The translations under genes were made by a program, and so were the position numbers. Of a stretch of 64,000 nucleotides of DNA, positions 1 through 12,096 are shown piece after piece. This DNA comes from Camelus ferus. Its lineage: Eukaryota. Position 1 is the first letter of the stretch. Each line of letters begins with the position of its first letter. The notes under the pieces are model-generated. The model had not been told where the DNA came from and made no database searches. It was given only the letters and a program-made list of their open reading frames with translations. Location of the stretch: positions 117,492,001-117,556,000 of the forward strand of contig NC_045696.1 of the NCBI RefSeq assembly GCF_009834535.1, in the 5' to 3' direction.

Positions 1-42
1 TTCAACCATGGACTCCATTTGGGGAGAACTAAGAAGATCTCT

Positions 43-588
43 TGTAGATAGCTGTGGTCTTTGTTTATATAGCATCCATTCTCCTTTTGAAAACAATGCT
101 CTAATTTTGTTTTGGGAAAAGATTGCTCCTCTAAAGTCAGTCGGAGTCTAGGTAAGCCCACCACCTGGTTCTAGAATAAGTATGTGACCCAGACTTGAAT
201 AATTCCAATGTCACCTCCCGTCAGCCACAATGGCTGGTTCAGGTCCTTGAAGATGACCCTTATCTGGCCATTAGAACAATTATGTGTCAGCCCTGAACCT
301 TTTCTAGAGGGATAAGAAGGAGCCACCAGGACCATCATGAGAGAAAAGTCTGTGCTAACATGAAGGCATTGCAGAGCAAAGCCGAAAATAGCAAGAAAGA
401 CGGAACTGGTCCAGCTGACACGATTGGATCCCTGAGATACAGATCAAGCCAGCAAGCTCTTGGGCTTGTCAGTTATGTGAATAAATAAGTTTAGTTTTAT
501 TAAATTTGTTCATTCATTCATTCATTTGGTAAAAGTCACTTTGAATAAAGTTTCTCTTACCAGCAACCAAGTAAGTGTGATAAACACA
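43..588 (+). mobile_element. Ancient MaLR solo LTR (MLT1J/K-like)
   Basis: TGTAG start, internal 'tatgtgacccagact...cagccacaatggctggttcagg', 3' 'cttgtcagttatgtgaataaataa...cagcaaccaa...aaacaca' typical of MLT1 LTRs; subfamily uncertain. Confidence 0.65.
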
Positions 589-729
589 AGATCATTGTCA
601 CTGAAAGTGTCAAAATCAGTAAGAATTCTGGAGATGCTCCACCATTCCATAGGCAGCTTTTGCCCTTTTGTTTTACTAGGCAAACTAAAGCTTTAATTTC
701 CTAGAACCAGAACCTCAAGGAAATTTTTA

Positions 730-875
730 GCCAATCACTCAATCCATCAACAACTATTAAATGAGTTCCCCATCTGGGCCTGAGCGTCTACTGGGAATGA
801 CAGGAAAGAAAAAGAAGGCCTGGTTCCTGCCTTCAGTAAGCTTGCAATCTCCTCAGAGAGACAAAGCAGACACAT
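730..875 (-). mobile_element. L2 3' end fragment
   Basis: 'caatccatcaacaactatt...ggttcctgccttcagtaagcttgcaatct' resembles the reverse complement of the L2 3' end. Confidence 0.5.
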
Positions 876-934
876 TAGAAATATCACATAATTTGTTCCA
901 TCTGCCAAAAATACAATTTAAATCCAACCTCTTT

Positions 935-2963
935 TGTAACTGATGGGTTACATTGTTGTATCTGATTCATGGCTAGAATTTTAAAATGGAAACATGAGAT
1001 CTCTGTTTTGAGTGTTTGTATGTCATACACGTAAGGTATTGTCAAAATTAATTGGTAAAAGAATTCTATTTAATTGGCTGAAAGGAATTAAGTGCTTATA
1101 TGAATACTCAAAAATATAAAGGAAACTGGCCAAGATGAATTTCAGGCTCACGTTGTCTAAAAAGAATTCAGTGCTGGTTATTAGTATTGAAGCTAGCTTA
1201 AGCTTGTTGGTTTAACTAATATAGACATGTCTTTAGAGTCATCAATGTTAAGTACAATAGTTCTGTTGTACCTGGGCTTATGGGAGGTCAGATAAGACCT
1301 TATTATATCTGTTACAAATTTATCAACAAGGAAAGTAACTCAATGTGAAAAAAAAAAAAAAAAGCTTTCAAAAAAAGAAAAGTAAACAAGAAAAGAGCTT
1401 TGGGGTAAAATCTGTAAGAGTAATCATGTTTTGAGAATGTCTGCCTAAAATTGTCTCTCCAGATTTTGGTACTTGAAACTTAAAACTAAGTTAAAGAGAA
1501 CTCACTGACTATCTGTGTCATTTATAAAACGCTAAAACATTTATTGCTGGGCAGGTCTAAGTTTACCTACCTTTGCTTTCTTAGGAAAAAAAAAAAAAAA
1601 AACTAAAGCATAAGTTTCCAATCAGGAAATGCTGATATGACAACCAATTCACAATTGCCTGCTTCTTGGTTTTTTCTCAGAGATTGAAGGTTTTTAAGGG
1701 TTAAAATTATAATATATGTGATTAAAGCTACTAAAATATTGAAAATATTTCAGTATGCTAAAAAAATAAGATGTGTGTTTTCAGTAAAAAAAAAGATTTG
1801 TGGAAAATAAATACTGAGAAAAGAATTTCATGCATAATCAGAATTTTCTAAGATTGGATTGAATTTAATTAGGTAAAAATGTTTTGTTATCAAAAATAGA
1901 TAAAAAAGACTAGAGTTTTATTCTCTCTGTTAAGAAAACAAAGCTTGCTTAAAATTCTGCTTTTGATAATGGATTCTGCCTGATTCTTTGCCTTTAAGTG
2001 ATCGTGTTTGCTTTTAAAATCTTTGGTTAAGTAAATACATATTTAACAAATTCTAAAAGTTCTTTGGACCTCCAGCTAACTTTGAGATTCTTTAAAGGAA
2101 CCCTGAGGCATCTTAGGCATTAAATTAACTAGGATTATTTGGTATGTTAAGTTAAATGTAATAAGTCATAGTTCTAGTAATTGTAAACACCTCTATCAAC
2201 TGCAGGTGTTTAACCATGCCTTTTTTAAAAAGTATTTTGTTGTTTATAGACAGTTAAACTGATGTCACAAAGATGCTTCATCTTTAAAAAGATTCATAGG
2301 AAGTCTATAGAAACAATGGGTAAAAATCACTTAGACCACCATCTCATTCAAGCCAAGGACATAAAATACTATGGGACTTAACTATTTTATACTAATAGAC
2401 CTTTGTCCCCACATTGTGTTCATAACTTGTCTCTTCCATGGGTCCAGATGGCTGCTGCCTTGTTAAAATTCATCTGCTCCCAGATCTTCTATTATATCTT
2501 CAGGATACATCTAAATACGTGAGCACTCCCCAAAATGGGAGCCCAAAGACAAGCGTACCCCAGGAAAATTTCAGCCCCTACGTGAATGCTTATCTTTATC
2601 AATAATGCGTGGCACGGGGAAGCCTGTATATTAGGACATTTGGTCTCATTTACAGTTAATAGTCATAATCCTAATCTTCCTCCTTAAACTTTTTGCTCTT
2701 TAACTTCTTGGTCAGATTTGTGTCTTCCAGGTTACAACAGTCCCAGATGATGACAATGTGAGGATTCCAGCCCATAACCGCCCTCAGATGCAAAAACAAA
2801 AGGCTGCCTGCCCCAGGGGCCCCTAGATTAAACATTGAGAGATTTTTTACCCCTTGATAGGCAGGGTCAGCGCCCCTACTCAGCCATGAAGTAGTTTTAG
2901 AAGATGGACCATCACCCCTTTGCACCTCTATAAGTTTATGGGAGTAGAATCTCTGAGGGGGAA
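935..2963 (+). mobile_element. Class I (ERV1, MER4/MER41-group) internal region, 5'-truncated, non-coding
   Basis: AT-rich MER4-group-like internal sequence ending in an env TM remnant, the class-I 3' motif 'cgcccctactcagccatgaagtagtt' (~2871-2896) and a polypurine tract GAGGGGGAA (2955-2963) directly before a TG-starting LTR. Confidence 0.75.
2656..2776 (+). pseudogene. env: Degenerate gammaretrovirus-like env transmembrane/cytoplasmic tail remnant
   Basis: Translates as LIVIILIFLL, then after a frameshift LLFNFLVRFVSSRLQQSQMMTM*GFQPI, matching the class-I Env C-terminal pattern (FNxLVxFVSSRL...GFQP). Confidence 0.75.
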
Positions 2964-3440
2964 TGAGACTGGAGGGAAGGGGGCAGAGCACAGCCATTCA
3001 AGAAATGACAGCAATTAACGCCAAGATGGTGGAAGATTCAACTCCCAGTAGACCTTGAAGCTCAACATGGCGGGAGATTTGACTTCTAGTGGACCTTGAG
3101 CTTCATTATATGCTCACTGTGATATATTAGCATGTCAAATGGCACTCCCACAGGTGCCAGGACCGTTTCAAGGTTAACCATAAAAGGTCAAAAAGTGGGC
3201 AGTGGCCCAGTTCCTGGCAATCCCAGCCCCTTCCCCAAAGTAGTTGGAATAACCCTCCCACTTGTTAGCATAGGAAGCTATGGAGCCATAAAAACTAACC
3301 ACCCCACACCTCGTGGCCAGTTCTCCCTTCTGAGTGAGGAGGACCACACGCTGTCTGTGGAGTGTGTATGTACTTTCACTAAGCACCCAACCCCCACACC
3401 TCGTGGCCTTTCTCTTGCCTTCTGAAACGGCCTGCACTCA
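2964..3440 (+). mobile_element. MER41-related ERV1 LTR (3' LTR, apparently 3'-truncated)
   Basis: Starts TG after the PPT. 'cattatatgctcactgtgatatattagcatgtcaaatggcactcccacaggtgccaggac...cagttcctggcaatcccagccccttccccaaag...cttgttagcata...ccataaaaa' is colinear with the MER41B consensus as I recall it. Confidence 0.75.
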
Positions 3441-4133
3441 AAATGAAATACCACAAAAATCACGTACACATCAGCGGAAAGAAGTATTAATAAGCACGCC
3501 GTAAGTGCTTTCTGGGAGCCGGACGTCATATGTTGCAAATGGTACCCAGTGCCTTCAAGGAACGTGTTCTCAAGAACACAGAGCACAGATTCCAGAGATG
3601 ACCTTAGTGCGTCACAAAGCTCCATGCCATAATTCAACAGCAAACATGGTACCTCAGGATCAAGGTCATGAGCAGCATGATAATTACTTTACTAATTTAC
3701 TCTAAAAACTCAGACTCCCTAGCACCACCAACTTCAATCTCAGAGGCTAATCTCCACTAAAAGTTGAACCTCTAGGGTTTGAGGTCTTCTCCAAACTCCA
3801 CCACCAATCCCATGACTTCTCTGTTGCAATATGTCATCCTTAAAAAAATAAAACCACCTCTGCTGGTCCCTCCTTCTCCCTCCTTCTCCAGCTTTTCATT
3901 ATCCCCCAACTCCTCAGCATCCTTTAATGCTCCATCATCCTCCAGCTCTCCCCCACCTCTCCAGCTCTGTAAACTGTTTGCAGCTCAGTTTCCAGAGCTG
4001 CCCAAGTGTATTGTAACATAGTTCTTGTACTGCAGATAGAGGAGGAGAAGATGGAGGGATGGACACAGGAGAGCAGATATTGGATCCATGGTGATACAAA
4101 CCTCTATTTTCTTTCTTTTTCCTCCGGTTTTCT

Positions 4134-4200
4134 TTTTCTAATTGAAGAACAGTTGATTTACGGTGTTGTATTAATCTCAGGTGTACAGCTTGGTGATTCT
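4134..4200 (-). mobile_element. Very short L1 3' end (artiodactyl-type)
   Basis: 'aattgaagaacagttgatttacggtgttgtattaatctcaggtgtacagc' is the reverse complement of the L1 tail seen elsewhere in the window; imperfect TSD tcctccggttttct/tcctctgattttct. Confidence 0.7.
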
Positions 4201-4309
4201 TTTTCATCCTCTGATTTTCTTCCTCCCTTCAACATCCAAACCCAGATTCCTTTGGAAAGAAACTTCTATTGAGTAAAGCATTGCTTTGGCACTGTAAAAG
4301 AGGAGTTTG

Positions 4310-4425
4310 GGAAGAGGGTAGAGTTCAGGGGTAGAGAGCCTGCTTAGCATGCACAAGGTCCTGGGTTCAATCCCCATTACCTCCATTAAATAAATAAACC
4401 TAATTACCTACCCCTAAAAAAATTT
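4310..4425 (+). mobile_element. Camelid tRNA-derived SINE (Vic-1-like)
   Basis: tRNA-like head with B-box GGTTCAATCCC, 'aaataaataaacctaattacc' tail; 13-bp TSD aaagaggagtttg at 4297-4309 and 4426-4438. Confidence 0.9.
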
Positions 4426-6477
4426 AAAGAGGAGTTTGTTCATGCAAATGACTCTCCAGCCTGTGCGTGTCTGTGTCTATATGTACGTGTGTGTGTGGGT
4501 GTGTGTCAGTGTGCTAAGGGTTGATATTTCAGATCTTTGGGAAAGGAAGGAGGCCATGAGAGGCTGAGAAAAAAAAAATCACCACATAAGGACCCTTGTG
4601 TATTTTATGCACTCCTTTATCATTTCTTCAGAGGCTGTGGGTGATAGATCACATTAGCACCACAAATATTCACGTATCAAGAACACAAGGAATGCCTCAG
4701 TGACAGAGTCAGAGAACAATCCAAGAATGAAAGGTTCCCTAGGATCGATCAGTTCTGCTGCCTAACTACCTTAATTTTCCCTGTGAATTCTCGGTAATCT
4801 TTCTGTGAACGCACTGAGAACGAACACGAGGCATTGAAATGGAAATTACACAATTGGACTACATAGAACTCTTATTTTTAAATAAAAAGTTGACATTTAA
4901 TTGAACGATGGAATAATAATGTTAAAATATTGGCCAGCATGATCCCACCCACGCACCCCAAGTGGTCTCTCACCACGTCCTTGGCTTACCCGCTGTTCAG
5001 TCAGCGAGGCTGTTCCATCAAATTGTTTCAGAGCAGAGGTGGGGCCGCAGAAAACAAAAATGGGAGTTGTTTCTTGGCTTTTGGAGTCAAAAGCCTAAAC
5101 AAGGAAGGAGAGGAAATAGAAAGGAATCATAATCAAGCAAAAGATTGAAGGTAAAAAATCACGACAAAGCACACGACTTTTCCAAAGTCCTCTCGGCCAA
5201 TTTAGAAAACAAAGTTCCCTGAATGTCACTGAAGTAGGAACAAAGGAAATGCAATGCGAGAGAGAGACGTCAGTGTCCTGCCAAGAGAGGGTCACTGTCC
5301 ATGTTCCTAGGCTAAGCCCAAGGCAGAAGGACAAAACCCCTGAGAAGCTGGAGAAATCTAGGTTGAACCAAAGGAGGCAAAACCTAAGAAAAAAAGCGAC
5401 CACTGAGGACTCTGAGGCAGGTAGAACTTTAGACCCTGGGAATTTCCTGCTTCGCATTGCGGCAGAGGAGAAGGAAGATAATCGATTTTGGTCAAGTGTG
5501 GCTTGGAGGTAGCAGGAGCACCATGGACCTGTGATTGTGCTCACCGGAAGAAGGCTTATCTCCATGGCAACATGCGTAGATCAACAGCTGAGGTCCAGAT
5601 GAGACAGGGAATGTCATAGCCATTGTGGATGGAGATCACTGAGGATCGGATAAAGCAAAGGATGTCTTCAAAGGCACCTAAATGGGAAAATGACATCGAG
5701 GACCAGACTTTGCCTGTCCCCATCCCTGCCCATGCATCTTCACCCATAATGCAAGATCTTTAACATTGAATAATTTATAAAGGCAGACGCAATATCTGTT
5801 AAGCTCCTTAAAAAATACTGACATATTTAAGCCATCAAAACCCATGATCCAGCTGAATAATAGGGCTCAATGCACTGTTTCTAAGGAAAAACCTTGTTTT
5901 TCATGTTGATGATCACAAAATTCTGTAACTGATCTCTTTCTAAAATGAAGATGATCAAAGTTTTACAACTGACAAATATGATCAACAGTTACCGCATGAC
6001 CTCAAAGTAATAAATGCTAAACCAATCACACTTCCCCTCCACCTTGAAAACAGAGACATGACTGAGATATTTGCAAGCCAGCAGGCACCAAAGGCGTTTC
6101 TTCAAACAATGTTCGATAATACCACCATCTTCCCTGTTCCCAGAGCAGTGAGTGGGTGGCTTAGGGCCAGAGCAGAGTAAACCTCTGAGCTTTTATGATG
6201 GGAGTAAATTAAAAAGTATTTATAATGTCACTCATTTGATGCCTCCACACTCATGTACCATTTACATCATAGAATGGCATGCTGCTTTTAAATGCCTTGT
6301 GCGTTTCTGAGGTCTATGCTTTGGGTCATCAACAAAAGCTGTTGAGGACAAGGATTGCTTCAAATCCAACGCTGGCTGCCTCTTTATTTTATTAGATCTT
6401 TCTCCTGCATTTGACATCATTGTCCATTGACTCTTCTTAAATCTCTTTGCACTTTGCTCCTTGACTTGAAACATTGG

Positions 6478-6900
6478 ATCATTCAACAAATAGTTACTGA
6501 CCACCATGTGGCAGGTACCGCCCTAAGTCCTAGGAGTACTACTATAAACAAGAAGACAAGGGTCTGACTCTTATTTAATCAACATTCCAGTGCAGGAAAA
6601 AAGAAACAACAAAAAAAAGTAATTTAAAAAAGAAATATATGAATGACATAATTTCAGATCATGATGTGTGCTTTTATTTAGGGTTATCAGGTGACTTGTG
6701 AACTGAGACTGGAATGATTGGAATGGATCAGACTTGCAAATATCTGGAAGGAATGGGAGTAGCATGTGCAAAGGCTCAGAGGCAGGACCAGCCAAACCTC
6801 ATGGCGAGAAGACAGTGTGTCTTAAGTGACACACTGAATGGTCCAGAGGGGAGAGGACGTGGCTTGGAGAGGGAGGCAGGGGCCAGCTCTGTTGGGCCTC
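6478..6900 (-). mobile_element. L2 3' region, flanked by + strand L2 fragments (~6380-6470, ~6900-7090)
   Basis: 'cattcaacaaatagttactga' tail and 'agcatgtgcaaaggctcagaggcagga...gaggcaggggccag' are L2 hallmarks. Confidence 0.65.
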
Positions 6901-7719
6901 TCCCTGATGCTCTTCTTTTTTCTGATCATTCCATCTTAATCTCCTCCCTGAACACTTCCTGTTCTGCCGGTCTCATAAGTAGTCGTGTTCCCCAGATTTC
7001 TCTCTTGCCTCTTCTCTCCCTTTCAGGCTTTTCCCAGGTTATCAACAACCATTTGATGAAAACTCCAAAATCGTTAAGTCTAGTTGTAGAATGTGTTTGT
7101 TATGACTCTTAGGCCCCAGTGGTGGCCTCAGACCCACCTCTGTGTCAACAAATGAGAATGGTCTGAGCCTTATGCCTGTACAACCTCTAGCCAGAGGAGT
7201 TGAGGCAGCAGAGTCAGCATACATAGTAATTGTATCTAGGGTCAGTGGAGAAGAGCTGTGGAGGGCTAGGAACAGCATCACCTACAGGAAAACCAATTGT
7301 GAGAAAAGAAATTTCGTAACATGGAGCTGTTACACCTCTTCAGAACTTCTCCCAGGGCAGGGTGCACACTGCCCCCTTGTCTCCTAACTTGCTTGAAGAT
7401 CAAGCTTCCAGGGACAACAGAACATTTATCCCTACAAGACATCTAATGGGCTATTGGAGGCATTCAATCAGCAGTTAAGGTAATGTGCCTTTATAACCCT
7501 ACCCTAGATTAGTCTAGATGGGATAATTTCATAATGGGAATATTTCTGTAATGTTGAGTAGTCCTGTAATAATTATAAATTATTTGGAAAGGCTACTTAC
7601 TGGTCATTTCCACTTATGACATGGAAGCCAATGGAGGAAATCTTGCACTGTTGGCTGTAAGTCTTAGACCTCCATTGCTTTGACACCAGCATGGTCCTTC
7701 CTTCCTGGTCTGTCCATTT

Positions 7720-8025
7720 TGATATAGCTAGGACATATGAACTCAACAGACCCTAAACTGAACACCTCATTCTTCACCACAAGCTTAACTCTATACTCCT
7801 CCTATACTTCTGATTTATTCAAAGATGATGATTATACTTTCAGGCACCCATGTTAGAATCTAGGAGTCAACTCAGACTCTTCCATCTCCCTCATCCCCCA
7901 TAGCCAATCAACTAACAGATATTCCCATTTTTATATCTCTTAAGTACATCCCCAAATCCATTCCTTTCTCTACTTTCTCATAACTTCTGTTCAAGTCAGG
8001 TTTCATCATCTTTCATTAAACCATT
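7720..8025 (+). mobile_element. L2 fragment
   Basis: 'ctaaactgaacacctcattctt...tagaatctaggagtcaactcagactcttccatctccctcatccccc' is L2-like. Confidence 0.6.
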
Positions 8026-8029
8026 ATGA

Positions 8030-8390
8030 TCAATATTTCATTCCTTTTTTAATGTTAAGTAATATTCTGTTTTATGGATATACCATAATTTGTTTACCCA
8101 TTAATTATTGGATGGACATTAGGGTTAGTTCCAGTTTGGGGCAATTGTGAACAAAGCTGCCACAAACATTTGCATATATGTCTCTGGTAATTAATTGTTT
8201 TTGTTTCTCTTGAGCAAATACTTAGAAGTGGAAATGTTGGGTCATATGGTAAGTGTACATCTAATTTAATGAGGAACTGTCAGACTGTTTTCCAAAATGA
8301 CTGAACCATTTTGCATTCTCACCAGCAAAGTATTAGAATTCTAGTTGTTTTGCATCCATGCCAACACTTGGTATTGTCATTCTTTCTTTA
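8030..8390 (-). mobile_element. Old L1M (L1MB/ME-like) fragment
   Basis: 'tggatataccataatttgtttaccca...ttccagtttggggcaattgtgaacaaagctgc...gttttccaaaatgactgaaccattttgcattctcaccagca' is antisense L1 ORF2 3' end. Confidence 0.8.
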
Positions 8391-8677
8391 ATTTGTATCA
8401 GTCTTTTCTTATATATTTCAGAGAAGTCTGATGTCTTGATGTCTAGGGCAGATTTAGGGAATATGCAAGCATTGTAGGTAACAAGGACCAATCTCCAGAT
8501 AAGTGTTTAAGCAATGTGGTGAAGCCCTGAAGAGTAGAATCTGGTACAAAGGCAGCAGCCGAGACTTTCTAAGCCCTAGGAGCTGAAAGGTGGCAACAAA
8601 ACTGAAAGGGTTCTTCTTTAGGGTTCAAAAGATAAGAATGCAAAGGATGAGAACGCAACCTTTGTCATTTACAAGCA

Positions 8678-9216
8678 TTAGTAGGGGAAATACAGGGTTA
8701 GGATTCCGAGAGCCTCGAGCCACAACATTTTCATCAACCAGTCAAAACGTAACATTGTTTTATGTATGTTTCTGTTTAAAGACATCTATTTAATATGTAT
8801 TGTTGGTTCATTCACAGTGAACTCACGGCCAACAGCACTATGACTCACCTGAATGAAGTTCATCTGACACACGTAATTTTATTCACAAGGCACATCACAG
8901 CTGCCTTGTTCTCAGGGACACTAGACAGTACTTCAGGGGTTTGGCAATGTATTTAGGGGCCATGTTAAACAGCAAAATCACCAAAAGCACAAAACTGCAC
9001 ACACAAAAAAATGGGACACTAAATAGACCACAAAAACAGTATGTGTTTTATAATAAGAAAGACAAAACAGGAAAGCAGAGGTTGCCTTGTTCATCCTTAG
9101 CTGGGAACATGCACCTCTGCTGACAAGAAATTTCAGGTCCATGAATGAATGATTTGGAGGTTACAGGTAAATTTTAGCAGGTAAATCAGCAAGCATAGAA
9201 TCTGCAAATAATGAGT
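8678..9216 (-). mobile_element. Tigger-family DNA transposon (MER82-like)
   Basis: 'taggggaaatacagggttagg...aacattttcatcaacc...ctcacggccaacagcactat...cacatcacagc...cagcaaaatcacc...agctgggaacatgc...gaatctgcaaataatgag' follows the reverse complement of the MER82 consensus as recalled. Confidence 0.75.
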
Positions 9217-10769
9217 GTGTGTGTACTCACAGTAGACAGAACGCTCCGTGAAGACATGAATATTGCTAATATGGCTTTAGAAAGAAAATTAGCTCTCTGT
9301 GGATACTCAACAGATCCTGAAGAATCAGTAATTTTTGATCCAACATTAGGAGATCAAAGACATTTATTCAAAGCTCTGTTTCTCTCTGGAGGTGTTAATA
9401 AATTAAAATCATTTAACCTCAGTCTCTAGCCTAGCTAAAGGGCTTTGCATACATGATGCTTAACTTTGTGAAATAACAGTTTTATCCAAAATACAGAGTT
9501 CAAAAACCAGACACCTTATTGCCATCCATCCAGTTTTCAAGGCTTAGAAAACCAGTTGCTCAGGGTTGGGGTTTTGTGGCCATTCCTTATGGAAACTCAG
9601 GATTCAGGTCTTTGTGAGATCATACTTAATTAGCACCCCAATTTTCCCTTCCACTATCTAATTCTTCCTCAGCCCTTTCTGGAAGAAGCAAATACCATTC
9701 CTTCCATATTTTAAATAAACTTATGTCACGTTATACCAAGCATAGATTTCTCTTTCCATAATTTTAATATTATTTTTCTTACTGCTCAGGGAAAGGGAAT
9801 AATAATTGGCCATTCATTCACTTTTTTAATAAAAATCATTTAAGAAATGATGATTGAGTGACCACCATGTCCTAGGTCAACATCACGCTCTCTGTGAGAC
9901 TCCAACGTCTACTTAATGTTACCCAGCCAGCTCTCTGATGGATCTAATAATCTTAATGCACATTTCCTGAACTTTTGATCACCTTAATGTTTATCTTCTA
10001 GTATCTTCTTTCTTGTTCTAAAGAGCTTCTTTTGGTTCAAAAGCCCAGAGCTGAAGCCAAGAAATATCTGACCAATGCAGGTAAAAGCAACAAACAGCAA
10101 CAAAAAGCCTCTTGGAATTTGAAACAGGTAAAGTTTAAGTTTTTCTAAATATAAAATGAGTGGATTTTATGGTCCCAAAGTATTTAAAATAGCTAGGGAA
10201 CCTCTAATCCCAGTACCCAGAGATAATGCTTTTTACAATCTGTTGTCTTTGTCTCCTATGTATATTATTTTAGTTTAAATTGACAATTTACACATTTTCT
10301 TGCCTTTTCCACTGTCCCATAATTTAAGTTATTTATAAATATAATCATATTCTCTTGTATAATGACATCATAATTTAATTAATCATGCCCATGCTGTTAG
10401 GCAAATACATTCCTTGCAACTAAACAATATTGCAAAGGATTAGTTTGCTATCCAAGCGAAGCCTTAGTCATTTTTGACAGGGTTAAATATGGCCTGTTAT
10501 TTCTGACTGGAATACACAGTGTTAAATTTATTCTTGGAGAATATAATACTTTGTGTTTTTTGACTTCCATTTGTGTTTACCAAGGTCATTTCAAATGTAT
10601 TCCTACTAAAGGCGTGAATTTAGCAATGAAACTTTAAGTGGTTTTATTATAAATAAATGACACTTGAACAGAAAATATATAGAAGGACATCTCTGCTATA
10701 AACAAATCAAACAAAAATAATGTCAGAAGAATAAAAGAAAAGTTAGAACTTACAGTTTTAGAATAAGTC

Positions 10770-11050
10770 AGGGGGATGTAATGCACAGCCTGGTGACTCT
10801 AGTCAATAATACTGTAGTGCACATTTGAAAGTTGTCAAGAGAGTAAATTTAAAAATTCTCATCACAAGGAAAAAGCAATATATTTGTTGCAACTTTGTAT
10901 GGGGAAAGACGGCAACTAGCCTTATTGTGATGATTATTTCACAGCACATACAAATATTGAATCATTACTTTGCACACCTGAAACTAATATAATGTTATAT
11001 GTCAATCATATTTTAATTTTTAACTTTTTAAAAAATATAAATAAATAACA
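10770..11050 (+). mobile_element. L1MA-type 3' end
   Basis: 'ggatgtaatgcacagcctggtgactctagtcaataatactgta...attctcatcacaa...cacctgaaactaatataatgttatatgtcaa' plus A-rich tail. Confidence 0.8.
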
Positions 11051-11789
11051 AAAATAAAGAATGTTAGAATAATGTCAAAAATGAGTATGGAGTTTATGTC
11101 TACTAGAGTTCAAATTTGGCAGTAAAGATAGCAACATGGCCTATTTAGGGCAGTCCATTTCACAATAAATTATAAATTTGATATCATGCATGATAACGAA
11201 AAGAAATTAGAGCTCTCATTACCCAGAACTTGTGAAACAAGATCCACTTCTTCAAATGGGAGCATTTACTTTGTAATTTTAATCATTCAAGTCTCCCCAC
11301 TGAATATTTATTGAGCCCCTCATTCACCCCAGGAAACATGGCAATGTACCAATTTGCTTTGTATTTGCTGAAAAGAGCAATTAAAATGTCCAGAGAATTT
11401 TTATTTTAAAGAAAATGGTTAACTCACTGCTAATAGGTAAAAGGTGCTGTCTCTCTATCCCCAAGGTGAAGAAATAAATAGAACCTCAAATATGATCACC
11501 TAAGAGAAGCAGAATTCACTTGCACTGTAATCACTTGCTTAAATGGTAAGAACAGAAATAAGAAAGTAGCTAAGAGGTAGCTTAGCTGTGGCCACCACCC
11601 CCATCCTTTCTCTTTCTCTCTCAGTTGTGGGCACCGAGTAAGAGGAAGCTTGTCTTCTGGGAGACGATCTATGGGCAAGAAGTTATGATATAGGCATAAG
11701 AAATAGGTCTCAAGAGAAGGGAGTCCAAACTGGATGCTGAAAAGTATGTACACATGGATGATTTTACACAGAAACAAATCCCATTTACC

Positions 11790-12096
11790 ATTCCTCAGAA
11801 TTTGCACATGGTAAGATTGCACATCCCGCCTCCTTGATGTGAGATGTGGTCATGTGACTTGCACAAGCCAATGAAACCGTGGATGTGCAGCACTTCCTGG
11901 TGGCCACTTAAAGAAACAGGGCACAATTTGCCAAGACGCCTCCTTTCCATTGTGATCATAGAGTCACATTTTGAGATGCAACCCAATTTGCTTTGGAAAT
12001 GTAGCATGCACAAGAAATACATTTTTTATTATTTTAAGCCACAGAGATTTTAGAGTTGTTACTGTTGTCCTACCGTAATTTATCCTGACAGCCACA
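11790..12096 (+). mobile_element. MaLR LTR (MLT1-like)
   Basis: 'gtggtcatgtgacttgc...gccaatgaaa', 3' 'ttttaagccacagagattttagagttgttact...tatcctgacagccaca'. Confidence 0.65.

Noticed and set aside
5095..5565. Longest ORF in the track (156 aa)
   Set aside because: Ser/Leu/Phe/Cys-rich composition typical of antisense purine-rich DNA; no recognisable homology
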